From assembly GCA_963719515.1 (NCBI GenBank), contig CAVRCJ010000003.1:256001-320000 (forward strand): a DNA stretch of 64,000 nucleotides, read 5' to 3'. The position numbers were made by a program, and so were the translations under genes. The notes under the pieces are model-generated. The model did not search any database, was not told the origin of the DNA, and worked only from the letters and a program-made list of their open reading frames with translations. Every line of letters begins with the position of its first letter. The stretch's first letter is position 1. The DNA comes from an uncultured cyanobacterium. Lineage in GTDB: Bacteria > Cyanobacteriota > Cyanobacteriia > CAKZMO01. Below are positions 1-7,826 of this stretch, piece after piece.

Positions 1-147
1 CAAGCGGCCTCCGGACAGAATTGAGGATTGTAGGAGCGATCGCGTAGAAGGTCTTGAATACTCTTCTGCGGTAGGCTATCCTATCCGGCGGATGCGGGTG
101 AAAAGGAGATGAAGCGGTGCTAACTCAAGGTGAAGATAGACCGGAGC

Positions 148-1044
148 CTAAACGGTTGGCTCCTGCTCGTCGCCAAAGCGAATCAGCAAAGCGATCGCCA
201 AACTCACCGCTAAAATTAGCATCATGCTGAGAGCCGAGCCAAAGCCCCAGTTGCGCGCTGCCCCCAAAAACTGGTTGTAGATTAAGCGCGGAATGGTCAT
301 GCTAGAGGCTCCCCCCAGCAGCTCGGGCACGACAAAATCTCCCATGCTGGTAATAAACACCAGCAGCATCCCGGCAACGATGCCCGGTAGGCTTTGGGGC
401 ACCGTCACCCGAAAAAACGTTTGGCGCGGCGTGGCTCCCAGATCCGCTGAGGCCTCTAGCAGCCGCCGGTCGAGCTTCTCTAGCGACGCATAGAGAATTA
501 GCACCATGTAGGGCAGGTAGTTGTAGGTGAGGCCGATGAGCACGGCAGGACTATCGTTGAGCCACCCTTGCCCCGGTAGGCCCAAAGCCGCCAGCGCCGT
601 ATTCAATACCCCCGAGGGCCGCAGTATGGTAATCCAAGCATAGGACCGCAGCAAAGACGAAGTCCACAGCGGCAGCACGAAAGCCACTAAGAACAGCGTG
701 CGCCACCGCTGGGGGGCCATGAGGGCAATCCAGTAGGCCACGGGAAACCCCATCAGCAGGCAGGCTACGGTGGCCCCAGTCGCGTAGTAGAGCGATCGCG
801 CCATCACCTGCAGATACACCGGCTCTAAGATTCGCAGGTAGTTGCCGGGGCCGTAATTTTCGATGGCGTCCTCGGGCCGCAGCCCCGGCACCATGCTGAT
901 CTCCAAGATCAAGATTGTGGGTAAAACCAGCAGCAGCAGCAGCCACAGACCGGCGGGTGCGAGCAGGACTATGGGTTGAACAGCCTGCCTGAGGCGACGA
1001 CGCCAGGGCGAGGCGGCTGGAGGGACCGGAGTGGTGGTAGACAT
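148..1044 (-). CDS. potB: Spermidine/putrescine ABC transporter permease (PotB-like)
   Basis: Multi-TM protein with the EAA loop (LLEASADLGA) and the PotB-type motifs LPLWTSSLLRSYAW and GDFVVPELLGG. Confidence 0.85.
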   Translation of the reverse strand: MSTTTPVPPAASPWRRRLRQAVQPIVLLAPAGLWLLLLLVLPTILILEISMVPGLRPEDAIENYGPGNYLRILEPVYLQVMARSLYYATGATVACLLMGFPVAYWIALMAPQRWRTLFLVAFVLPLWTSSLLRSYAWITILRPSGVLNTALAALGLPGQGWLNDSPAVLIGLTYNYLPYMVLILYASLEKLDRRLLEASADLGATPRQTFFRVTVPQSLPGIVAGMLLVFITSMGDFVVPELLGGASSMTIPRLIYNQFLGAARNWGFGSALSMMLILAVSLAIALLIRFGDEQEPTV

Positions 1045-1077
1045 AAGGACTTGGGAGAGGTGATGGGTGAGTCCTCT

Positions 1078-3498
1078 CTAGGCATCCTTCACTTGTACCG
1101 CAAATCGTGCGCTCCGCAGCGTTTTCTCCTCAGAGGCGACGAATTCAAAGTGAATCTCCCCGCTCTGTACAGGGGGAATATCCACATAGGCGATGCCCAA
1201 AGGCGTCATCACAGCGTCTTGGGTCTGGCTATCAGAACCAGTACCAGAGCCAGCGCTAGAGCCGGACTGGGTCCACCAGCGGAGGGTAAACTCTTCGGGG
1301 ACCTGTACCCTGAGCACATACCCCGGCTTGATGCGAGCCACGCGGCGGTTGGGTTTCCAGATTTCCAGATAGCGGCGATTATCTCTAGGCTGTTGGTAGC
1401 GCTCTGCCACCTCTGGAATGTAGTCGAATACCTTGCCGTCGCTGAGCGATCGCAGCAGCTTAATATACTCCGAGTGCGCCCACATCAGCGGCATGGCCGA
1501 GCCGGTGGGCCGCCCGAGGTGCATATGGGCCTCGGGGATGTCATCTGTGTCCCAGCTTTGCTCCGGCAGCATTCCCGTGTCGTTGGCGAACCCCTCTATT
1601 GACTCCAGCAGTGGCCCAATGTCGTGGCCTGCCGCTAGCTCGTAGTGGGCCCGCTCTCCGGTGAGCAGGGGCCAGATGCGGCCCACGCCAGTCTCCTCGA
1701 AGGCGGTGCCGTCGGCCTGCTGGCCGTAGCCGTCGTGGTTGTAGCGGTGCCAGCCTACGCCGCTCGGCGTTTCGGTGCGTAGCGCGGCGTCTACGACCTT
1801 GAGCGAATCGACGATTAGCGGATCGTGGGGGCTGCGAATGCCGTAGCGCACCAGCTCTAAAAAGCCCCCATCTACAACGTCTTTGGCCGGAAACGCCTGG
1901 TCGCCTTGAGGGCGGTTGATGATGTAGAGCGTAGCGGTGTTGGGATCTTCGCAGGGAGCAGGGTCGTCTATCTCGGCGGGCAGCACCCGGATAAAGTGGC
2001 GGGGGATATCGGGGACAAGACTGCCTTGAGTGGTCACCGTCCAGGCTTCGAGGTGGTCTTCTAAAAAGTCAGCGTACTCCTCAAGGAACTGCGCCGTCTC
2101 GACTTCATCCCGCAGGCGGGCAAGGCGGGCTGCACAGACAAGAGCCGCGATGCTGGTGGCCAGAGTCGAGGGGGAGTATCCGCAGGCCTCTTCCCAGCGC
2201 TCTTGCTCCGTGGCGGGGCCGTGAATAATCAAGAAGCTCGCCGCCTTCTTCACCATTGTGTAGGGGTCGAAGTTTTGCAGCGTCTCTTCGCAGTGGAGGG
2301 TGTAGGCCAAAATGATGGGTAAGGCCACTTGGTCAAGCTGTACCCCGCACCAGTGGGCGTCGCCGTTGATCCAAAAGTTTTGGGGGAAGCCGCCGCTGTC
2401 CTGCTGGCTGGCCGCTAGGTAAATCAGCGCTCGCAGCGGCGTTTCCGAATTGCCCGCTGCCAGCAGCCCGCGAGCGCTGTTGACCATATCCCGCACCCAC
2501 ACGAGGTGATAGCCCCCCTGCTCATCGTCTCCTTTGGTGTGGCCCCAGGGAATGGCGAGGGAGGCAATCAGCGCCCCGGGATAGGTCTTGTCCTCATGGG
2601 CCATCAGCAGGCTGAGGCTGGTGTGGTAGAGGTGCCCTTCATCGTGGGTGAACTCGACTAGGGCAGCGCGCGTGTCGTTGCAGCAGGGCGGCTCCCACTG
2701 CTGCTGAAACTGCTCCTTTTGGGTTTCGAAAGGTTCGCTGAGCGCCTGCAGCACCGTCGTCACCGCCGCGTGACGACAGTCGCCGAAGCCAATGCCCAGG
2801 GTAAAACCATCGTCTTGCCGCCAGTCCAGCTCCGCCGTCAGGGCCGTGTTTCCGTCCTTGGCTTGGTCAGACTGATAGTCGAGCTGTCCGTTGTCGCGCA
2901 GGTCTTGCCAGCCGTCGCTAGTGCCCACATACCCAGCGGAGGCCTGGATCAGGGGAACCGTCGCGGCGATCGCCAGCCAGGTCTTTTCGCGGGTCGCCAC
3001 CAAGACGGTGCGCCCCGCCACGTTCAAAATCTGCGCAGTATTGCCCCAGCCCGCCACATCTATATGGGGCGCACACAGCACGTAAAGCTGTAGCGCATCG
3101 AGGACAGCGCTATCCCCTGAGAGGCGCGTGTGCTGCAGCACGCAGGGAGAGATAGGTGATGAAATAATTTCCTTGATAATCTCGAAGCGTCCATCGGGGT
3201 CCCGGTTGGTAACCCGGTAGCCCAAGGCGTGGGTCCACATTCGTTCGGTGGTCGACTGCAGGTGCGATTTCTCGCTTTGAAACTCGCCTTCTAGGGTGAC
3301 GAGATACTGCAAATCGCGGGTCTGGGGCCGATCGATGGTGGGGTAGTATAGCTCGGTGAGTACACCGTTCCACAGCGTAAACCAGACGCGGCTGGCGGTG
3401 GAATAGGCGGTGCCGACGCCGTCTTTATTGCCCTGAGTCCACCGAGGCTCGGCTCCAAAGGGGCCAAAGGCTTGCCGCTGTCCGCGAAGCTGTATCAT
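1078..3498 (-). CDS. Glucan 1,4-alpha-glucosidase / glucoamylase (GH15 with N-terminal glucodextranase-like domain)
   Basis: Motifs GGYHLVWVRD, QERWEE, GRIWPLLTGER, LPEQ and SAMPLMWAH. The ATG at 3498 is chosen because the longer ORF start lies inside the IS left end. Confidence 0.85.
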   Translation of the reverse strand: MIQLRGQRQAFGPFGAEPRWTQGNKDGVGTAYSTASRVWFTLWNGVLTELYYPTIDRPQTRDLQYLVTLEGEFQSEKSHLQSTTERMWTHALGYRVTNRDPDGRFEIIKEIISSPISPCVLQHTRLSGDSAVLDALQLYVLCAPHIDVAGWGNTAQILNVAGRTVLVATREKTWLAIAATVPLIQASAGYVGTSDGWQDLRDNGQLDYQSDQAKDGNTALTAELDWRQDDGFTLGIGFGDCRHAAVTTVLQALSEPFETQKEQFQQQWEPPCCNDTRAALVEFTHDEGHLYHTSLSLLMAHEDKTYPGALIASLAIPWGHTKGDDEQGGYHLVWVRDMVNSARGLLAAGNSETPLRALIYLAASQQDSGGFPQNFWINGDAHWCGVQLDQVALPIILAYTLHCEETLQNFDPYTMVKKAASFLIIHGPATEQERWEEACGYSPSTLATSIAALVCAARLARLRDEVETAQFLEEYADFLEDHLEAWTVTTQGSLVPDIPRHFIRVLPAEIDDPAPCEDPNTATLYIINRPQGDQAFPAKDVVDGGFLELVRYGIRSPHDPLIVDSLKVVDAALRTETPSGVGWHRYNHDGYGQQADGTAFEETGVGRIWPLLTGERAHYELAAGHDIGPLLESIEGFANDTGMLPEQSWDTDDIPEAHMHLGRPTGSAMPLMWAHSEYIKLLRSLSDGKVFDYIPEVAERYQQPRDNRRYLEIWKPNRRVARIKPGYVLRVQVPEEFTLRWWTQSGSSAGSGTGSDSQTQDAVMTPLGIAYVDIPPVQSGEIHFEFVASEEKTLRSARFAVQVKDA

Positions 3499-3583
3499 GG
3501 GAAATTTGCTGAACGGGATTATCCTTTCAAGGTACGAAGGGCAGAGCAGCTTAGCGTCAATCGGAAGAGTTATATTTTGGCTC

Positions 3584-3605
3584 GGGGCGAGGGTGACCTC
3601 GCCCC
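3584..3605. terminator. GC-rich stem-loop just outside the IS left end
   Basis: GGGGCGAGG-gtga-CCTCGCCCC, a perfect 9-bp stem; no clear U-tract. Confidence 0.4.
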
Positions 3606-3667
3606 TGCTGCATTGGCCCCATCGCCTAGGGCCTTGACCAAAAATCATGGGTCTAAAGCCCCGTCCT

Positions 3668-3808
3668 TCAGGACGGCTTCTCTAAATGTAGGCGATCTAT
3701 CCAATCTTCTACCAGTTGAGTCATGGTCTTGTCCCTCTCTTTTGCAATCGCCCTAAGCTTTTGCAATCTTTTAATAGAGACTCTTAAATTAAGCTGTCCT
3801 TTTGCCAT
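3668..3808 (-). CDS. Small ribbon-helix-helix (CopG/Arc-like) DNA-binding protein inside the IS, 46 aa; not in the ORF track
   Basis: Hand translation: MAKGQLNLRVSIKRLQKLRAIAKERDKTMTQLVEDWIDRLHLEKPS*. Alternating beta-strand pattern LNLRVS, helix 1, turn (KT-M-TQ), helix 2 (LVEDWIDRL). Confidence 0.7.
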   Translation of the reverse strand: MAKGQLNLRVSIKRLQKLRAIAKERDKTMTQLVEDWIDRLHLEKPS

Positions 3809-3810
3809 AC

Positions 3811-3844
3811 TGCCTACACAATGCCTACGCATCTATGCTATCAT
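3811..3844 (+). promoter_or_regulatory. Putative tnpB promoter with a tandem operator
   Basis: Direct repeats TGCCTACACA (3811-3820) and TGCCTACGCA (3822-3831), 11-bp period. Extended -10 TGcTATCAT (3836-3844) lies 7 nt before the ATG at 3852. Confidence 0.5.
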
Positions 3845-3851
3845 AAACAGT

Positions 3852-4976
3852 ATGAGAACATTGAAGTTTAAGATATACGAGCACAAGCGGAACCGGCACC
3901 TAAAGCGCACTATTAATGCTGCTGGGGTGATTTGGAACCACTGCATTGCTCTCCACAAACGGTACTACCGTATGTGGGGCAAACACCTCAATTGCTCTAA
4001 ACTTCAGTCTCATATTGCCAAGCTACGGAGGCGCAATCCGTTTTGGCAGTTGGTGGGGTCTCAGGCTGTGCAGGACATCTGCCAGCGAATTGAAAAGGCA
4101 TACCAGCTGTTCTTTAAGCATCACGGCAAAGGCTATAGGCCGCCTAGCTTTCAGAAGGTAAGGCGATACAAGTCGTTCACCCTAAAACAGGCGGGATACA
4201 AGCTGCTCAATGGTGGTCGTATCAAGATAGGCAGCAGGGTCTACCAGTATTGGAATTCAAGGGAGATAGAGGGCAAGGTTAAGACCGTCACGGTGAAGCG
4301 ATCGCCTTTGGGTGAGCTGTTTTTAGCCGTTGTGGTGGACCAGGAAGCTGAACCAGTTCAAGGCATCGAGACGGGTAAAACCGCTGGTGCTGATTTTGGA
4401 CTGAAGACGTTTCTCACTTTGTCAGATGGTACTCAAATCGAGTCTCCTGAATTCCTGAAAGCATCGCTCAAAGACCTTTGCCGAGCTAGCCGCAACCTAT
4501 CGCGCAAGCGAAAAAAGTCGGCAAACTGGCACAGGGCAAGACTAAATCTAGCTCGCTGCCATGAGGCCATAGCCAATAGGCGACGAGATTGGTTTTGGAA
4601 GCTTGCCCACCGGCTAACCGATACCTACGATGCGCTCTACTTTGAGACGCTGAACCTGAAAGGGATGCAGCGGCTATGGGGCCGGAAGATATCGGACCTA
4701 GCCCTAGCTGAATTTCTCGAAATCCTTCAGTGGGTGGCAAAGAAAAAAGGCAAGACCGTAGCATTCATCGACCAGTGGTATCCCAGCTCTAAAACTTGTA
4801 GCTGTTGTGGGCACGTACTGAAGGAGTTAGATCTAAAACAACGGCAGTGGGATTGCCCTATTTGCAACGAACATCACGATCGAGACTTAAATGCTGCAAT
4901 AAACATTCAACGGGTTGGGGCGTCAACCCGTGGGCTAGGCGATGTCAGACAGGCTCAGCCTGCGATCGCTGCTTGA
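3852..4976 (+). CDS. tnpB: RNA-guided endonuclease TnpB
   Basis: RuvC-I GADFGLK, RuvC-II YFETLN, Zn finger CSCC...CPIC, RuvC-III HDRDLNAA; all three catalytic acidic residues present. Confidence 0.95.
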   Translation: MRTLKFKIYEHKRNRHLKRTINAAGVIWNHCIALHKRYYRMWGKHLNCSKLQSHIAKLRRRNPFWQLVGSQAVQDICQRIEKAYQLFFKHHGKGYRPPSFQKVRRYKSFTLKQAGYKLLNGGRIKIGSRVYQYWNSREIEGKVKTVTVKRSPLGELFLAVVVDQEAEPVQGIETGKTAGADFGLKTFLTLSDGTQIESPEFLKASLKDLCRASRNLSRKRKKSANWHRARLNLARCHEAIANRRRDWFWKLAHRLTDTYDALYFETLNLKGMQRLWGRKISDLALAEFLEILQWVAKKKGKTVAFIDQWYPSSKTCSCCGHVLKELDLKQRQWDCPICNEHHDRDLNAAINIQRVGASTRGLGDVRQAQPAIAA

Positions 4977-5031
4977 TTCCAGAATCCCCGCTCTTCAGGG
5001 CGGGGAGTACGTCAATTTAACGGTCCGTGAC
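4900..5031 (+). ncRNA. Putative omegaRNA/reRNA (scaffold overlapping the tnpB 3' end and RE; guide from the flank starting at 5016). The 5' boundary is approximate.
   Basis: Established TnpB biology (right-end-derived RNA). The RE hairpin and TCAA end are visible; predicted guide TTTAACGGTCCGTGAC. Confidence 0.6.
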
Positions 5032-5496
5032 TTCAGGAACAGTGACGATAGCGGTGCCAAAGGGAATGAGTCCCTCCAGCATGGGGGTGGTGCCGAATAC
5101 CCGGTAAGGAACGGTCAGACCGTCTAGTCGCCCGCGGACGCGCGAATTGAGCATTACAAGTCGTACGGTCTCCCCTTCGGGAATCGCCTCGTCAAACGTA
5201 ACCGTAAACTCTTCGAAGCCGTAGTCGACGCTGGCCGGAATTGCGTTGCCGTCTTCGTCAAGGACCTCGACGTCGTCTAGTTGGTGAAACGTGACGCAGA
5301 CCACCTTGACCCGGTCGAGGCTTCCGCTCGAGGCCTCGATATCGATGAAGTGGTCCTGGTTTCGCTCTAGCGTGCCAGCATCAGCGACGTAGGGGGCTCT
5401 GATTTGAGCAACAGCGTCAACGACGATCGCCGGAACGGCAACCGTGGCTAGTGCGATCGCTGAAAGCGTTCCAAATACATGCTTTTTCATACCCAT
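5017..5496 (-). CDS. Secreted hypothetical protein (DUF2808-like)
   Basis: N-terminal signal peptide; beta-rich body with FTVTFDEAIPEGETVRLV. Confidence 0.6.
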   Translation of the reverse strand: MGMKKHVFGTLSAIALATVAVPAIVVDAVAQIRAPYVADAGTLERNQDHFIDIEASSGSLDRVKVVCVTFHQLDDVEVLDEDGNAIPASVDYGFEEFTVTFDEAIPEGETVRLVMLNSRVRGRLDGLTVPYRVFGTTPMLEGLIPFGTAIVTVPEVTDR

Positions 5497-5726
5497 AGCA
5501 AGTCATATCTCCGTAGTTAGGAACAGGTTGAACAAGGTCCAAGAGGCAGAAGACTGTAACAGCAGCCCTCGGTGGGTGCACTCATGGGTGTCTTGACTTC
5601 AACGGCCTCAATATTAGGAGCCACAGATGAGGACTGGATGAATGGGAGCCGAGCCCCGCTAAGGGAAGTGGTGGGTAAAGCCCTAGATTACGGCGAGCGG
5701 CGCCTTATCGCAGGTTTAACCAATTC

Positions 5727-6914
5727 TCAGACTTTTTCGTGGGGATACCAAATTGAGTCAACTTGACGACTGAGGACTAGGGCCTGATTGTCGATGGACT
5801 GGTCTGAGTCAAGCTTGATAGTCACATGGCCCAGCTTTCGCCCGGGCCTAGACTGACCTTTGCCGTACCAATACACCGTGGCATGAGGAATCTGGGCGAG
5901 CTGCCGCCGCTGAGCCTCATAGTTGCTTTGGGCCTCTTCGTAGCCCAGCAGGTTGACCATCAGCGCCCCCGCCCACTGCAGCGAGGCGTCGCCCAGGGGC
6001 AAGCCACACACCGCTCGCAGCTGCTGCTCAAATTGGGATGTGGCGCAGGCGTCGAGGGTGTAGTGGCCCGAGTTGTGGGTGCGGGGGGCAATCTCGTTGA
6101 TCAAGAGCCGGTTGTCGGAGGTTAGAAATAGCTCAATGCCAAAAATACCCACGACTTCCAGAGCCTGCAGCGTCGCTTTCGCAATTACCCGGGCCGTCTG
6201 CGCGACCGCCGAAGGAAGGTCAATTCCAGCCACCACCCGGCGGCAGACCTGCTCCACCTGCAGGCTTTCCACAACCGGATAGACGGCGATCGCCCCGTCT
6301 TGTCCCCGCGCCGCCATCACGGCTAGCTCACGCTGAAAGGGCACAAACTCTTCAAGCATCCAAAGATCGGCGGGACCTAGGGCGTCAGCCTTGCCGGATG
6401 AGACGACCTGTCGCAGCGCCTCCGAGGTGTGAACCACATGGGTGCCTTTACCGTCGTAGCCGTGGCGGCGGGCTTTGAGCACCAGCGGAAAGGGGAGCGT
6501 GAGGGACTGAGCTGGATCGGTAACGGCAGCCTCTTCTATTTGCGTTGAGGCGTCCAGCGCCATGAACTGCGGCACCGGCAGCCCCAGCGACTGTAGGTAT
6601 TGACGCTGCTCTAGCTTGTCCACTAGCGGAGCCAAAGCCTCTAAGCGGGGGCGAAATAGGGTTTGGCTGTGGGGCAGCGCCTGCAGCGCCGGAATGTCGA
6701 TAAACTCGTTTTCGAAGGTGATGATGTCGCAGCGCTGGGCGAGCCGAGCGGTTGCTTGGGCGTCCTCTACCGGGGCCAAGATGGTTTCTGTGGCGATCGC
6801 CGCGGCTGGGTCTGAGGGGTTTGGGGTCTGAACGATTAGATCGAGTTCTAGAGATTTCGCCGCAGCGCCCATCATCCAGGCTAGCTGTCCGCCACCGATT
6901 ACCCCAACGCGCAT
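5727..6914 (-). CDS. purK: N5-carboxyaminoimidazole ribonucleotide synthase
   Basis: GGGQLAWM, TFENEF, GYDGKG, NEIAPRTHNSGH, YGK..RPGRKLGH. Confidence 0.95.
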   Translation of the reverse strand: MRVGVIGGGQLAWMMGAAAKSLELDLIVQTPNPSDPAAAIATETILAPVEDAQATARLAQRCDIITFENEFIDIPALQALPHSQTLFRPRLEALAPLVDKLEQRQYLQSLGLPVPQFMALDASTQIEEAAVTDPAQSLTLPFPLVLKARRHGYDGKGTHVVHTSEALRQVVSSGKADALGPADLWMLEEFVPFQRELAVMAARGQDGAIAVYPVVESLQVEQVCRRVVAGIDLPSAVAQTARVIAKATLQALEVVGIFGIELFLTSDNRLLINEIAPRTHNSGHYTLDACATSQFEQQLRAVCGLPLGDASLQWAGALMVNLLGYEEAQSNYEAQRRQLAQIPHATVYWYGKGQSRPGRKLGHVTIKLDSDQSIDNQALVLSRQVDSIWYPHEKV

Positions 6915-6940
6915 TTTGAGCTACCCATAGTTCTACCTGG

Positions 6941-7711
6941 CTATTTTAGGCGGTTGCGGCTGCGGCTGCGCCCGGTATGCCTTTTGCTCAAATTCGGTGC
7001 GTCGCGCGGCGCTGACGGGACTACTGCGATTCGGTGCGTTGCGCCACTCCGATGCGGGTCCACAGCGCCAACCCCCCCCCCTCTTCCCCGAGCGGCAATA
7101 AAGTTTGGCTTGACCGCAAAATAGCGAAAGAAAGCCTGCTGTTTGAGGGGCAGTTGGGCAAACGCCGCTTCGCGAGAGACGCCATTACGAATCGCGAACT
7201 TGAGCGGTGACCACGGCCCCAAACCGACTGCCATGCGGGTGAAGTCAAAGGCTAAAATGCCGTTGGGCCAGAGCTTGGTTGGTCCGCTTACCGTCATTGC
7301 CGTCTCGACTAGGGCCACGCGGTTTTGCGCCCAGCCTATCTGGTCGACAGCGTCGGGGTCAGCAGCGTTAGGTGCCCCTATCCCTTCGGGCAGGGTGCCC
7401 AGCTCGGCCTCCGCCAGGTCTAGCCCGCCGTAGGTCAGCGAAACCGTTACCCAGCGGGGAACAAATCGCCCCTGCCCCAAAACTACCCCCGCCCGCTGCT
7501 GCGAGGCCCGAGTGCCGGTGATGAAGGTCAGCCGCCAGCTTCCCTGCAGCTCAGCGTAGGTCCAGCGATCGCCCTTGGGGCTGCGGCGACAGGCTTTTTC
7601 AGCGGACAGCACTGCGGCAACGACCTCGTCTGCTGACGGACGCGGGCCGCCGGACGTCATCCACTGATGCACCTGATCAAATACAGAGGCCGGTTCTATT
7701 GCTTGGGTCAT
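6941..7711 (-). CDS. Conserved cyanobacterial hypothetical protein (fibrillin/lipocalin-like); C-terminus probably frameshifted, likely true stop at 7021
   Basis: LQGSWRLTFITG, LAFDFTRM, AFFRYF, IAARGRGGG. A G10 run disrupts the GGGLALW ending, which continues in another frame. Confidence 0.6.
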   Translation of the reverse strand: MTQAIEPASVFDQVHQWMTSGGPRPSADEVVAAVLSAEKACRRSPKGDRWTYAELQGSWRLTFITGTRASQQRAGVVLGQGRFVPRWVTVSLTYGGLDLAEAELGTLPEGIGAPNAADPDAVDQIGWAQNRVALVETAMTVSGPTKLWPNGILAFDFTRMAVGLGPWSPLKFAIRNGVSREAAFAQLPLKQQAFFRYFAVKPNFIAARGRGGGVGAVDPHRSGATHRIAVVPSAPRDAPNLSKRHTGRSRSRNRLK

Positions 7712-7826
7712 AGGGGGGAGGGCTAGGGATGGGGGCTTCCAAGACGCTAAACAAGTACTCTGCCTGCGCCAGATCTCTTACAGAGTGTAGAGTGTCTTGC
7801 CGAGGAGGATGCCCTAGTATGATGTC

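Larger units (their letters stand above)
3639..5015 (+). mobile_element. IS200/IS605-family non-autonomous element (tnpB only, IS1341-like)
   Basis: TTGAC (3634-3638) directly precedes the left end. LE hairpin CCGTCC-TTCA-GGACGG (3661-3676). RE hairpin TCCCCGCTC-TTCA-GGGCGGGGA followed by GTACGTCAA, ending in TCAA at 5015. No TIRs or TSD, as expected for HUH-type IS. Confidence 0.9.

Noticed and set aside
3499..3851. Long N-terminal extensions of the glucoamylase (to 3648) and TnpB (from 3723) in the ORF track
   Set aside because: They run through the IS left end or the RHH gene; downstream ATGs match the family N-termini better
5500..5726. 6S RNA (ssaA), often found directly downstream of purK in cyanobacteria
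   Set aside because: I could not recognise 6S-like sequence or a long closing stem here; an Rfam scan is needed to exclude it
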